The notes beneath the pieces are model-generated. The model was given only the letters and a program-made list of their open reading frames with translations, ran no database searches and was not told the origin of the DNA. Positions 44,392 through 54,290 of a stretch of 64,000 bases of DNA are shown in pieces. Origin of the DNA: an uncultured Oscillospiraceae bacterium (GTDB taxonomy: Bacteria; Bacillota; Clostridia; Oscillospirales; Oscillospiraceae); NCBI GenBank assembly GCA_964630255.1, contig CAZVRP010000002.1, forward strand, positions 1,774-65,773, in the 5' to 3' direction. Numbering within the stretch: the stretch's first letter is position 1; every line of letters begins with the position of its first letter. The translations under genes and the position numbers were made by a program.

Positions 44392-45417
44392 ATGGAAGAA
44401 AAACTGCGGCAGCTGCGGGAACAGTCTCTGCAAGCCATCCGTGAGGCCGGCGGTCTGGAAGCCCTGGAGGCCGTGCGCGTGAAGTACCTGGGCAAAAAGG
44501 GCGAACTCACCGCCGTCCTGAAGCAGATGGGCGGTCTCTCCGCCGAGGAGCGCCCCCGGATGGGCCAGCTGGCAAACGACATCCGCACGGAGCTGACCAC
44601 GGCGCTGGACAACGCCCGCACAGCTTTGAGCGAAAAGGCCCTGGATCTTCGTCTCGCCGCGGAGCGGGAGGATGTGACCATACCCGGCAAGACGGTCCCT
44701 ATCGGCAGGGAACATCCCCTTACTAAGGTCATCAACGAGGCCAAGGAGATATTCATCGGCATGGGCTTTACCATTGCCGAGGGGCCGGAGGTGGAGCTGT
44801 CCAGCTATAACTTTGACCGGTTGAACACCGAGGAGGGGCACCCTGCTCGGGACCGGCAGGACACCTTCTATTTTGACGATAACGACGAGGTCCTTTTGCG
44901 CACCCAGACCAGCCCGGTCCAGGTGCGCGTCATGGAGACCCAGCCTCTCCCCATTCGCATCATCTCTCCCGGCCGGGTTTACCGCAAGGATGAGGTGGAC
45001 GCCACCCACAGCCCTATGTTCCATCAGATCGAGGGACTGGTGGTGGACGAGGGCATCACCTTCGGCGATCTGAAGGGCACCCTCAACGAGCTTGTGTGGC
45101 AGCTGTACGGGCCGGAGACCCGCACCCGCTTCCGGCCCCACCACTTCCCCTTCACCGAACCCAGCTGCGAGGTGGACATCGAGTGCTTCGAGTGCCGCGG
45201 TGCCGGCTGCCGCGTCTGCAAGGGCGAGGGCTGGATCGAGCTTCTGGGCGCCGGCATGGTCCACCCCAAGGTGCTGGCCGGCTGCGGCATCGACACGGAA
45301 AAATATTCCGGCTTCGCCTTTGGCGTGGGCGCGGAGCGCATGGCCATGTTCCGCTTCAATATCAGCGATATGCGCCTGCTGTTTGAAAACGACGTGCGCT
45401 TCCTGGAACAGTTTTGA
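44392..45417 (+). CDS. pheS: Phenylalanine--tRNA ligase alpha subunit
   Basis: 341 aa. Class II motifs: HPARDRQDTFY, RTQTSPVQVR, FRPHHFPFTEPS, GAGMVHP. Confidence 0.95.
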   Translation: MEEKLRQLREQSLQAIREAGGLEALEAVRVKYLGKKGELTAVLKQMGGLSAEERPRMGQLANDIRTELTTALDNARTALSEKALDLRLAAEREDVTIPGKTVPIGREHPLTKVINEAKEIFIGMGFTIAEGPEVELSSYNFDRLNTEEGHPARDRQDTFYFDDNDEVLLRTQTSPVQVRVMETQPLPIRIISPGRVYRKDEVDATHSPMFHQIEGLVVDEGITFGDLKGTLNELVWQLYGPETRTRFRPHHFPFTEPSCEVDIECFECRGAGCRVCKGEGWIELLGAGMVHPKVLAGCGIDTEKYSGFAFGVGAERMAMFRFNISDMRLLFENDVRFLEQF

Positions 45418-45430
45418 GGGGGTGTAGAAA

Positions 45431-47809
45431 ATGGATCTATCCAGAGAATGGCTGACTGATTATACGACTATCACGGCGTCCGACAAGGAATTCTGCGACC
45501 GAATGACCATGACCGGCTCCAAGGTGGAGGCCGTGACCCACACCGGCGAGGGCATCTCCCTGGTGGTGGCCGGACGCGTCACCTTCATGAGTCCCCATCC
45601 CGACTCCGACCACATGTGGGTCTGCAAGATCGATGCGGGCCAGGCTCGGGAGCTGACCATCGTCACGGGCGCCCAGAACGTGTCCATGGACGACATGGTC
45701 CCCGTGGCCCTGGACGGGGCTACCCTTCCCGGCGGCAAGGAGATCCGCAGCGCCAAGCTCCGGGGCGTCATGAGCGAGGGCATGCTGTGTTCTCTGAGCG
45801 AGCTGGGCTTGGATACCCATGACTATCCCTACGCCATCGAGGACGGCATCTTCATCATGCGCGAGCCCTGCGACCCCGGTGACGATATCAAGAAGGTCCT
45901 GGGTCTGGGCGACAGTGTGGTGGAATTCGAGATCACCAACAACCGCCCCGACTGTCTGAGCGTCATCGGTCTGGCACGGGAGGCCGCCGCTACCTTCGGC
46001 ACGGAGCTGAATATCCCCCAGCCCCAGGTGAAAGGAGCTGGGGACAGCATCGAGAACTACCTGTCTGTCCAGATCGATGAACCGGAGCTCTGTCCCCGGT
46101 ACACCGCCCGGATGGTCAAGAACATCAAGATCGAGCCCTCCCCCGCCTGGCTCCGCCGCCGGCTCCGCGCCTCTGGCATCCGGCCCATCAACAACATCGT
46201 GGACATCACCAACTACGTGATGCAGGAATACGGCCAGCCTATGCACGCCTTTGACTACAGCTGTGTGGGCGGCGGCAAGATCGTCGTCCGCCGGGCCGCC
46301 CACGGAGAAAGCCTGATGACCCTGGACGGCAACAACCGCAACCTCACTCCCAGCATGCTCGTCATCGCCGACGCGGAAAAGCCCATCGGCGTGGCCGGCG
46401 TCATGGGCGGCGGCAACTCCGAGATCGTGGACGAGACCCGGACCATCGTGTTTGAGTCCGCCAACTTCAACGGCACCTCCATCCGCAAGACCGCCATCGC
46501 CCTGGGTATGCGTACCGACGCCTCCAGCAAGTTTGAAAAGGGCCTGGACCCGGAGGGAACCATTCCCGCCGTGCAGCGGGCCTGCGAGCTGGTGGAGCTT
46601 CTGGGCGCGGGCGAGGTCATCGATGGCACGATCGACGTGGTAGCCAGTCCCGCCGTGCAGAAGACCGTACGCCTGGAGCCGGAGCGCATCAACGCCCTGC
46701 TGGGTACGAATCTCACCGGGGAGTACATGGTCGGCGTGCTGGAGAAGCTGGGCTTTACCATGCGGGGCGACCACATCGTTGTGCCCTCCTGGCGCAGCGA
46801 TATCGACCACTACGCCGACATCGCCGAGGAAGTGGCCCGTTTCTATGGCTACGACGTCATCGAGCCCACCATGTTCCGCGGCAAGACTGCCCAGGGCGGC
46901 TGGAGCGATAAGCAGCGGTTTGAAAACCGGCTGGCCGGCCTGTGCCAGTCCATGGGCTTTAACGAGATCCTCACCTACTCCTTCGGCAGCAAGAGCGCCT
47001 GGGACAAGATACGCCTGAGCGCCGACTCCCCCCTGCGCCATGGCCTCGTCATCCAAAACCCCCTGGGCGAGGACCGGAGCGTCATGCGCACCACCCCCAT
47101 GCCCTCCATGCTGGACGTGCTGGCCACCAACACCGCCAAGCGCAATCCCGCCGTGCGCCTGTATGAGCAGGCCACGGTCTACCGTCCGCTCCCGGACAGC
47201 CCGCTGGCCGATGAAAACCTGTGGCTGACCATGGGCGAGTACGGCGGAGACGCGGACTTCTTCCAGCTCAAAGGCTGTGTGGAGGCCATTCTGAAGGATA
47301 TGCGCATCGAAAACGTCTCCTACGCGGCGGAGAGCGGCAACGCCTCCTTCCACCCCGGCCGCTGCGCCTGGATCACCGCCGGTGGCGAGACCATCGGCAT
47401 CATCGGCCAGATCCATCCCGCCGTGTGCGGCGCCTATGATCTGCCGGGCGAGACGTTCTATGCCCAGCTGGACGTCCGTCTCATGCGGGCCCACCAGGGT
47501 CCGGAGCGGACATTCCGGCCGCTGCCCCGGTTCCCCGCCGTCAGCCGGGACCTGGCTCTGGTCTGCCGGGAGGATATCCCCGTGGCCGCGCTGGTGGATA
47601 CCATCACCGCCGCCGGCCGGCCGTATCTGGAGGATGTGAAGCTGTTCGACGTGTATAAGGGCGCCCCCATTCCCGACGGAAGCAAGAGCGTGGCCTTCTC
47701 CCTCACCCTGCGGGCGGCGGACCAGACCCTGACGGAGGAGCATACCGCCGATACCATGAACGCCATTCTGGCTGCCCTCGGCACGGAACACGGCGCGTCC
47801 ATCCGATAA
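45431..47809 (+). CDS. pheT: Phenylalanine--tRNA ligase beta subunit
   Basis: 792 aa with tRNA-binding, B3/4, B5 and FDX-ACB domains. It immediately follows pheS. Confidence 0.95.
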   Translation: MDLSREWLTDYTTITASDKEFCDRMTMTGSKVEAVTHTGEGISLVVAGRVTFMSPHPDSDHMWVCKIDAGQARELTIVTGAQNVSMDDMVPVALDGATLPGGKEIRSAKLRGVMSEGMLCSLSELGLDTHDYPYAIEDGIFIMREPCDPGDDIKKVLGLGDSVVEFEITNNRPDCLSVIGLAREAAATFGTELNIPQPQVKGAGDSIENYLSVQIDEPELCPRYTARMVKNIKIEPSPAWLRRRLRASGIRPINNIVDITNYVMQEYGQPMHAFDYSCVGGGKIVVRRAAHGESLMTLDGNNRNLTPSMLVIADAEKPIGVAGVMGGGNSEIVDETRTIVFESANFNGTSIRKTAIALGMRTDASSKFEKGLDPEGTIPAVQRACELVELLGAGEVIDGTIDVVASPAVQKTVRLEPERINALLGTNLTGEYMVGVLEKLGFTMRGDHIVVPSWRSDIDHYADIAEEVARFYGYDVIEPTMFRGKTAQGGWSDKQRFENRLAGLCQSMGFNEILTYSFGSKSAWDKIRLSADSPLRHGLVIQNPLGEDRSVMRTTPMPSMLDVLATNTAKRNPAVRLYEQATVYRPLPDSPLADENLWLTMGEYGGDADFFQLKGCVEAILKDMRIENVSYAAESGNASFHPGRCAWITAGGETIGIIGQIHPAVCGAYDLPGETFYAQLDVRLMRAHQGPERTFRPLPRFPAVSRDLALVCREDIPVAALVDTITAAGRPYLEDVKLFDVYKGAPIPDGSKSVAFSLTLRAADQTLTEEHTADTMNAILAALGTEHGASIR

Positions 47810-47936
47810 GAAAGCAATTTTTAATATTTTTGTAACATCTTTCCCTCTATTCCTATGCTATAATGCAACATAGCAGGGTATGCTTGCCCTTGTGGACAAG
47901 CCATCCCAATGATCGACAGCAAGGAGGGATATGAGC

Positions 47937-48179
47937 ATGGAAGATTCCACCCGCAAATTCAAGGTCCTGGACCATAGCGCGGAGATACGGGAGATCATGT
48001 CGAGCGTATACAGCGCTCTTCTGGTGAAAGGCTACAACCCAATCAATCAGATCGTAGGCTATATCCTCTCCGAGGACCCCACCTACATCACAAACTACAA
48101 CAACGCCCGCGCCCTGATCTGCCGTCTGGACCGGGACGATCTGCTGCAGGAGCTCGTGTCCTCCTATCTGCAAAAGTAA
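47937..48179 (+). CDS. ireB: IreB-family (UPF0297/YrzL) regulatory phosphoprotein
   Basis: MEDSTRKFKV...IMSSVYSALLVKGYNPINQIVGYILSEDPTYITNYNNARALI. The ATG at 47937 is 8 nt after GGAGGG; the track's ATG at 47931 is too close to the RBS. Confidence 0.75.
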   Translation: MEDSTRKFKVLDHSAEIREIMSSVYSALLVKGYNPINQIVGYILSEDPTYITNYNNARALICRLDRDDLLQELVSSYLQK

Positions 48180-48185
48180 TACGGC

Positions 48186-48217
48186 AGCGGCGCCGCTTTT
48201 GCGGCGCCGCTCTTTCT
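48186..48217 (+). terminator. Rho-independent terminator after ireB
   Basis: AGCGGCGCCGC-tttt-GCGGCGCCGCT followed by CTTTCT. Confidence 0.8.
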
Positions 48218-48302
48218 GTCTCCGGAGGGTTTTAAAATCCTCCGGCGTCTGCTATAATAAATAAATCGTCAAATCGTCGTTATAGCACAAGGAGGCACAT
48301 GT

Positions 48303-49361
48303 ATGGCAGTATCTCTGACAAAGGCCCGGGAACTGACCGACCGTCTTCCCCGGACGGCGCTGGGCTTCTTCCCTACGCCCCTATACAGACTGGATAACCT
48401 GTCACGGGAGCTGGGCGTCAATCTTTATATCAAGCGGGACGATTTCACCGGCATGAATCTGTTCGGCGGCAACAAGATACGCAAGCTGGAATATCTGCTG
48501 GGCGAGGCCAAGGCCCGGGGCTGTGAATATGCCGTCACCTATGGCGCCACCCAATCCAACCACGCTATGGAGACCGCCGCCAGCTGCCGGCGGGCGGGCA
48601 TCCGGCCCATCTTATACCTCACGGCGGTGGTGGAGCCGGACGAGGCGGACGTGCGCTCCAATCTTCTGCTGGACAGGATACTGGGCGCGGAGATACATAT
48701 CGTGGACATTCTCCCCGGTGAAACGGAGGACGACGCGGACGCCAGAGCCGCCGGGATGGGCGCCGAGCATGCCCGGTCCCTGACGGAGTCCGGCCACCCC
48801 TGCGCCGACATTCCCATGGGCGGCGCCAACGAGACAGGCTCCGTGGGCTTTGCACGGGGTTATGTGGAGATGCGGGAGCAGGCCGAGGCCCTTGGTATCG
48901 CCCCGGACTATATTTTCCATTCCACCGGCACCGGCGGCACCATGGCCGGTCTGGCCGCCGGAAGGGCGCTTCTGGGCGGCGCGGAGCGGATCATTTCCGT
49001 CACTGCCAGTCCTAAGAACGAGCCGGTTTACCTGAAAAAAGTGGCGGGGCTTTCCAACAGGGTCCTGACCATGCTGGGCGCGGCGGAGCGGGTGGACGCC
49101 GCCGATCTTCAGATCGATCTGAATTACTATCTGCCGGGCTATGAAAAGCCCAACTCCTTGGCCTCCGAGGCCATCCGGCTCATGGCCCGCACCGAGGGTC
49201 TATTTCTGGACCCTGTATACACCGGCAAGGCCTTTGCCGGACTTCTGGACTGGGTGCGCGGCGGCCGGATCGAACCGGACAGCACCGTGCTCTTCTGGCA
49301 TACCGGCGGCGCTACCGCTCTTTTTGCCGAGCAGGAGATACTGGGCAATATATACAGCTGA
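48303..49361 (+). CDS. D-cysteine desulfhydrase / ACC deaminase family PLP enzyme
   Basis: The family motif with the PLP lysine is FGGNKIRKLEYLLGEA. Also TYGATQSNH and a GTGGT loop. Confidence 0.8.
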   Translation: MAVSLTKARELTDRLPRTALGFFPTPLYRLDNLSRELGVNLYIKRDDFTGMNLFGGNKIRKLEYLLGEAKARGCEYAVTYGATQSNHAMETAASCRRAGIRPILYLTAVVEPDEADVRSNLLLDRILGAEIHIVDILPGETEDDADARAAGMGAEHARSLTESGHPCADIPMGGANETGSVGFARGYVEMREQAEALGIAPDYIFHSTGTGGTMAGLAAGRALLGGAERIISVTASPKNEPVYLKKVAGLSNRVLTMLGAAERVDAADLQIDLNYYLPGYEKPNSLASEAIRLMARTEGLFLDPVYTGKAFAGLLDWVRGGRIEPDSTVLFWHTGGATALFAEQEILGNIYS

Positions 49362-49382
49362 ACAAAGGGAGGCAGACCCGCC

Positions 49383-49955
49383 ATGAATTTTCGCTTTGCC
49401 ACAGAAAACGACGCCCCCGCCCTGCGGGACATATATGGGCAGTACATAGCCACCTCCATCACCTTTGAGACGGAGCTGCCTACGGTGGAGGAATTTGCCG
49501 GGCGCATCCAGGACATCCGCCGGGAGTGGCCCTATCTGATCTGGGAGGAGGATGGCCGCGCCGCAGGCTATGCTTACGCCCACCACGCCAGGGAGCGGGC
49601 GGCATATAACTGGTATGTGGAACTGTCTATCTACCTTGACCGATCGCGCACCGGCCGCGGGGCGGGAGCCCGGCTCTATGCCCTGCTGCTGGATATGCTG
49701 CGCCTGCAGGGCGTCAAGACCGCCATGGGATGCGTAACCGCGCCCAATCCCGCCAGCGAGGCCCTGCATAGGGCTATGGGCTTTCGCCTGACAGGCACAT
49801 CACTCAATGCGGGCTATAAAAACGGCGCCTGGCACGATGTGCTCTGGTTTGAAAAGGCCATCGGCCTCTACGACATCCCCCCCGCGCCGGTCGTCCCCAT
49901 CGGCGCCGTGCCCCGCCGGGCGCTGGAGGCGGTCATGGGGAAGCACACCGGATAA
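49383..49955 (+). CDS. GNAT acetyltransferase, phosphinothricin/methionine-sulfoximine acetyltransferase-like
   Basis: FRFATENDAPALRDIYGQYIATSITFETELPTVEEF...YLDRSRTGRGAGARLY...NPASEALHRAMGF. Confidence 0.75.
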   Translation: MNFRFATENDAPALRDIYGQYIATSITFETELPTVEEFAGRIQDIRREWPYLIWEEDGRAAGYAYAHHARERAAYNWYVELSIYLDRSRTGRGAGARLYALLLDMLRLQGVKTAMGCVTAPNPASEALHRAMGFRLTGTSLNAGYKNGAWHDVLWFEKAIGLYDIPPAPVVPIGAVPRRALEAVMGKHTG

Positions 49956-50068
49956 GCCCTGTTCTTTCCCTGGCGGACCTACTTGACTATATCAAAAACA
50001 CTCGGCAATATGCTGGGTGTTTTATTTGTTTTTTGACTGTTTTTGTAATATTTTTCGTGAAAAACCTC

Positions 50069-50097
50069 TTGCAAAGGTCCCGATTGCTTGGTATCAT
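50069..50097 (+). promoter_or_regulatory. Sigma-A promoter for the hydrogenase operon (TTGCAA-17-TATCAT)
   Basis: TTGCAAaggtcccgattgcttggTATCAT, about 75 nt before the hydC ATG. Confidence 0.5.
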
Positions 50098-50111
50098 AAC
50101 AAAGGAACAGG

Positions 50112-50137
50112 ATTTGTTAGTTTTTAAATTAACATAT
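50112..50137 (+). promoter_or_regulatory. Inverted repeat ATTTGTTA-N10-TAACATAT just downstream of the hyd promoter (possible repressor operator, with Rex-like half sites)
   Basis: 8-bp arms with 7/8 complementarity. The half sites TTGTTA/TAACA resemble the clostridial Rex half site, but the spacing is 4 bp longer than the consensus. Confidence 0.3.
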
Positions 50138-50172
50138 CCGCGTCATACAGGAACCATCGAGGAGGGACACCC

Positions 50173-50646
50173 ATGTTAGACCGGTCCTATTACGACAAGG
50201 CGGATGAGTTCGTTGAGCGGCATGGCCGCAAAGCCGCCTCGCTGATCCCCATCCTCCAGGACATCCAGGCGGAGTACCGCTACCTGCCGGAGGAGCTTCT
50301 GGCCTATGTGGCGGACGCCATTGGCATCACAGAGGCAAAGGCCTACAGCGTTGCCACGTTCTATGAGAACTTTTCCTTTGAACCCAAGGGCAAATACGTC
50401 ATCAAAGTCTGCGACGGCACGGCCTGCCATGTGCGCAAATCCGGCCCAGTTCGGGACGCGCTGCTCAGAGAACTCGGCCTGAGCAACAAAAAGCACACCA
50501 CAGACGACATGCTGTTTACCGTGGAGACGGTATCCTGCCTTGGAGCCTGCGGCCTTGCGCCCACACTCACCGTCAACGACGAGGTCCACCCAAAAATGAC
50601 GCCTGAAAAGGCCATGGATCTATTGAAAGAACTGAGGGGGGAATGA
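50173..50646 (+). CDS. hydC: [FeFe] hydrogenase gamma subunit, NuoE-like [2Fe-2S] thioredoxin-like ferredoxin
   Basis: 157 aa. Cys motif: VCDGTACHV...SCLGACGLAP. Confidence 0.85.
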   Translation: MLDRSYYDKADEFVERHGRKAASLIPILQDIQAEYRYLPEELLAYVADAIGITEAKAYSVATFYENFSFEPKGKYVIKVCDGTACHVRKSGPVRDALLRELGLSNKKHTTDDMLFTVETVSCLGACGLAPTLTVNDEVHPKMTPEKAMDLLKELRGE

Positions 50647-50649
50647 CCC

Positions 50650-52521
50650 ATGAGCATAGCCACAAGAGAAGAACTTATCGCCAAACGCGATGAGGCCCGG
50701 CGGGCCATCGATGCGTATACCTGCCGCGTATTGGTATGCTCCGGCACCGGGTGCATCGCCTCAGGTTCCATGCTCATTTACGAGCAGATGAGAAAGCTCT
50801 GCGAGAGCTTGCCAGGCGTACTGGTCGAAATGCTGCATGAGGTCCCCCATGTGGGCGTGGTGAAGACCGGCTGCCAGGGCCTTTGCGAGCTGGGCCCTCT
50901 GATGCGCATAGAGCCACAGGGTTATCAGTACGTACATGTTCAGCTCACGGACTGCCAGGAGATCGTGGATCGCACGATCCTGGGCGGCATGCCTATCGAG
51001 CGCCTTTTCTACGAGCGGAACGATAAGCCCTGCCCCCGCCCCGATGATATTCCCTTTTTAAAGCTGCAGACCCGGGTAGTGCTGGAAAACTGCGGCAAAA
51101 TCGACGCTGAATCCATCGACGAGTACATCGCCTCCGGAGGATACGCGGCCCTGGCCAAGGCCCTGTTTGACATGACGCCCCAGGACGTCATCGACGAGGT
51201 CTCCAGGTCCGGCCTGCGGGGCCGCGGCGGCGCTGGCTTTGCCGCCGGCAAGAAATGGAGCCAGGTAGCCGGCCAGGCGGAAAAGGTGCGCTACGTCGTC
51301 TGCAACGGCGATGAGGGCGACCCGGGCGCATTCATGGACGGCTCCGTCATGGAGGGCGACCCCTACAAGATGATCGAGGGCATGACCATAGCGGCCTATG
51401 CGGTCGGCGCGGAGGAGGGATACATATATGTCCGCGCCGAGTACCCCATGTCCGTCAAACGGCTGCGGATGGCCATGGAGCAAGCCCGGGAGTACGGACT
51501 TCTGGGCGACAACATCCTGGGCAGCGGCGTGAACTTCCATCTGCACATCAACCGGGGCGCCGGCGCTTTCGTCTGCGGCGAGGGTTCCGCGCTGACCGCC
51601 TCCATCGAGGGCAACCGGGGCATGCCCCGGGTCAAGCCGCCGCGGACGGTGGAAAAGGGCCTGTGGGAAAAGCCCACCGTCCTCAACAACGTGGAGACCT
51701 ACGCTAACGTGCCCCAGATCATCAACAGGGGCGCGGAATGGTTCCGCAGCATCGGCACGGAAACGAGCCCGGGCACCAAAACCTTCTCTCTGACCGGCTC
51801 CATTGAGAACACCGGCCTTATCGAGGTTCCCATGGGCACGACGCTGCGCCATATCATCTATGACATCGGCGGCGGCCTCAAGAGCGGCGCGGCCTTCAAG
51901 GCCGTTCAGATCGGCGGGCCCTCCGGCGGCTGCCTCACCGAGGAGCAGCTGGATGTTCCTTTAGACTTCGACTCCGTGAAGAAGCTGGACGCCATCGTTG
52001 GCTCCGGCGGCCTGGTGGTCATGGATGAGAACACCTGCATGGTGGAGGTGGCCCGGTTCTTCATGAGCTTCACCCAGCGGGAGAGCTGCGGCAAGTGCAT
52101 CCCCTGCCGGGAGGGCACCAAGCGTATGCTGGAGACCCTGGAGCGCATCGTGGAGGGCAAGGGAAAGCTGAGCGATCTGGACGAGATGGAGGAGCTGGCT
52201 GAGATGGTCCAGAACATGTCTCTCTGCGGCCTTGGCAAAAGCGCCCCTCTGCCCGTCATCAGCACCATAAAAAGGTTCCGGAATGAGTATGAGGAGCACA
52301 TCGTGCAAAAGCGCTGCCGGGCCAAGGTCTGCACGGCGCTGCGCCAGTACCATATAAACCCGGAATTCTGCATCGGCTGCGGCAAGTGCGCGAGAAACTG
52401 TCCCGCCGGCGCCATCACCGGCAAGGTCAAGACCCCCTACAGGATCAACAACGACCTCTGCATCAAGTGCGGCGCCTGCAAGGACAACTGCAACTTCAGC
52501 GCCGTGTACGTAGAAGTGTAA
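50650..52521 (+). CDS. hydB: [FeFe] hydrogenase beta subunit, NuoF-like NADH/FMN-binding flavoprotein
   Basis: 623 aa. The FMN/NADH region is GRGGAGFAAGKKW...VVCNGDEGDPGAF. The SLBB/4Fe-4S region is ESCGKCIPCREG. Two C-terminal ferredoxin CxxCxxCxxxCP motifs follow. Confidence 0.9.
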   Translation: MSIATREELIAKRDEARRAIDAYTCRVLVCSGTGCIASGSMLIYEQMRKLCESLPGVLVEMLHEVPHVGVVKTGCQGLCELGPLMRIEPQGYQYVHVQLTDCQEIVDRTILGGMPIERLFYERNDKPCPRPDDIPFLKLQTRVVLENCGKIDAESIDEYIASGGYAALAKALFDMTPQDVIDEVSRSGLRGRGGAGFAAGKKWSQVAGQAEKVRYVVCNGDEGDPGAFMDGSVMEGDPYKMIEGMTIAAYAVGAEEGYIYVRAEYPMSVKRLRMAMEQAREYGLLGDNILGSGVNFHLHINRGAGAFVCGEGSALTASIEGNRGMPRVKPPRTVEKGLWEKPTVLNNVETYANVPQIINRGAEWFRSIGTETSPGTKTFSLTGSIENTGLIEVPMGTTLRHIIYDIGGGLKSGAAFKAVQIGGPSGGCLTEEQLDVPLDFDSVKKLDAIVGSGGLVVMDENTCMVEVARFFMSFTQRESCGKCIPCREGTKRMLETLERIVEGKGKLSDLDEMEELAEMVQNMSLCGLGKSAPLPVISTIKRFRNEYEEHIVQKRCRAKVCTALRQYHINPEFCIGCGKCARNCPAGAITGKVKTPYRINNDLCIKCGACKDNCNFSAVYVEV

Positions 52522-52533
52522 GGAGGACCAGCG

Positions 52534-54228
52534 ATGCCTATTATGACGATCGACGGCCGCAAGGTCGCTTTCACAGATGAACAAAACGTCCTGAGCGTCG
52601 TCCGCAAGGCGGGTATCAACATCCCCACCCTGTGCTATCAGCCGGAGCTGTCCATCTATGGCGCCTGCCGGCTGTGTACCGTGGAGGACGACAAGGGCAA
52701 GACCTTTGCCTCCTGCTCGGAGCGTCCCCGGGATGGCATGGTGATCTACACCAACACCGCCCGGCTGCGCCTATATAGAAAGCTCATCGTAGAGCTTCTG
52801 CTGGGCTCCCACTGCCGGACCAGCTGCACCACCTGCCGGGAGAACGGCGAATGCAAGCTCCAGGAGCTGACCCATAAGCTGGGCATCCGGAACATCCGCT
52901 TTGAAAACTACAAGCCCGAGTATGAGCTGGATACCTCCTCCCCCGCCATCGCCCGCGACCCCAACAAGTGCATCCTGTGCGGCAACTGCGTCCGGGCCTG
53001 CGAGGAACTCCAGGGTATCGGGGTGCTGGGCTTCGCTCACCGTGGCACAGACGCCATAGTCATCCCCGCCTTCAACAAGCCTCTGGCGGAGACCCAGTGC
53101 GTCAACTGCGGCCAGTGCCGGGTCTATTGTCCCACCGGCGCCATCACCCTCTGGTCCAACAAGACAGCGGTCTGGGCCCGTCTGGCCGACCCCGGCACCC
53201 GGGTGGTGGCTCAGGTCGCCCCCGCGGTCCGGGTGGCCATCGGCGAGCGCTTTGGCCTGCCCAAGGGCAAGAGCGTCATCGGACGGATCGTCAACGCCCT
53301 GCACAAGATGGGCTTTGACGAGGTGTATGACACCACCTTCGGCGCAGACCTGACCATCATGGAGGAAACCCGGGAATTTCTGGACCGGCTGGATAACGGC
53401 GGCACACTGCCCCTGTTCACCTCCTGCTGCCCTGCCTGGGTGAAGCTGCTCACCGACCAGTATAAGGACCTTATCCCCCACATCTCCACCTGCCGAAGCC
53501 CCCAGGGGATGCTCTCGGCTGTCATCAAAGAGTATTACCGCGACCCGGCCCATAACGATGGGCGCAAGACCGTCATGGTCTCCATCATGCCCTGCGCGGC
53601 GAAGAAGGCCGAGGCCCTGCGGCCCAACAGCAAAACAAAGGGCGAGCAGGACACGGATATCGTTATCACCACCTCCGAGCTGCTGCAGATGATCGAGGAA
53701 TACGGCCTGGATCTGTCCACTCTGGATACAGAGGCATGCGACATGCCCTTTGGCTTTGGCTCCGGCGGCGGCGTCATCTTCGGCGTCACCGGCGGCGTGA
53801 CGGAAGCTGTCCTGCGCCGGCTGTCCCCCAGCCATTCCGGCGGCGCCCTGCAGCTCATCGCCCAGAGCGGCGTCCGGGGCTATGCCGGTGTGAAGGAGTT
53901 CACCGTTCCCTACAAGGACACGGAGATCAGAATCGCCGTGGTCAGCGGCCTTGCCAACGCCCGAAAGGTGCTGGAGCGCATCCGTAAGGGCGAGGCGGAA
54001 TACCATCTGGTGGAGGTCATGGCCTGCACCGGCGGCTGTGTCATGGGCGGCGGTCAGCCCACCTATGGCCGGCGAAGCGGCACCCAGGCGGCCCGCACCG
54101 AGGGCATCTATGCGGCCGATAGCTCCGCCATCGTCAAAAAGAGCGATGAAAACCCTCTCATCGTGAATCTCTATCGGAGCTTCCTCAAGGGCAGGACCCA
54201 CGAGCTGCTGCACAATCAGTTTTATTAA
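52534..54228 (+). CDS. hydA: [FeFe] hydrogenase catalytic subunit
   Basis: H-cluster motifs are TSCCPAWV, MPCAAKKAE and EVMACTGGCVMGGGQP. The N-terminus carries 2Fe-2S and 4Fe-4S ferredoxin domains. Confidence 0.9.
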   Translation: MPIMTIDGRKVAFTDEQNVLSVVRKAGINIPTLCYQPELSIYGACRLCTVEDDKGKTFASCSERPRDGMVIYTNTARLRLYRKLIVELLLGSHCRTSCTTCRENGECKLQELTHKLGIRNIRFENYKPEYELDTSSPAIARDPNKCILCGNCVRACEELQGIGVLGFAHRGTDAIVIPAFNKPLAETQCVNCGQCRVYCPTGAITLWSNKTAVWARLADPGTRVVAQVAPAVRVAIGERFGLPKGKSVIGRIVNALHKMGFDEVYDTTFGADLTIMEETREFLDRLDNGGTLPLFTSCCPAWVKLLTDQYKDLIPHISTCRSPQGMLSAVIKEYYRDPAHNDGRKTVMVSIMPCAAKKAEALRPNSKTKGEQDTDIVITTSELLQMIEEYGLDLSTLDTEACDMPFGFGSGGGVIFGVTGGVTEAVLRRLSPSHSGGALQLIAQSGVRGYAGVKEFTVPYKDTEIRIAVVSGLANARKVLERIRKGEAEYHLVEVMACTGGCVMGGGQPTYGRRSGTQAARTEGIYAADSSAIVKKSDENPLIVNLYRSFLKGRTHELLHNQFY

Positions 54229-54235
54229 TCCTCAA

Positions 54236-54283
54236 AACAAACCGGCCGGCATGTCAAGCATCTGACATGCCGGCCGGTTTGTT
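54236..54283. terminator. 21-bp perfect hairpin between convergent hydA and the nucleotidyltransferase gene (bidirectional terminator)
   Basis: AACAAACCGGCCGGCATGTCA-agcatc-TGACATGCCGGCCGGTTTGTT. Confidence 0.85.
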
Positions 54284-54290
54284 GATCGCG

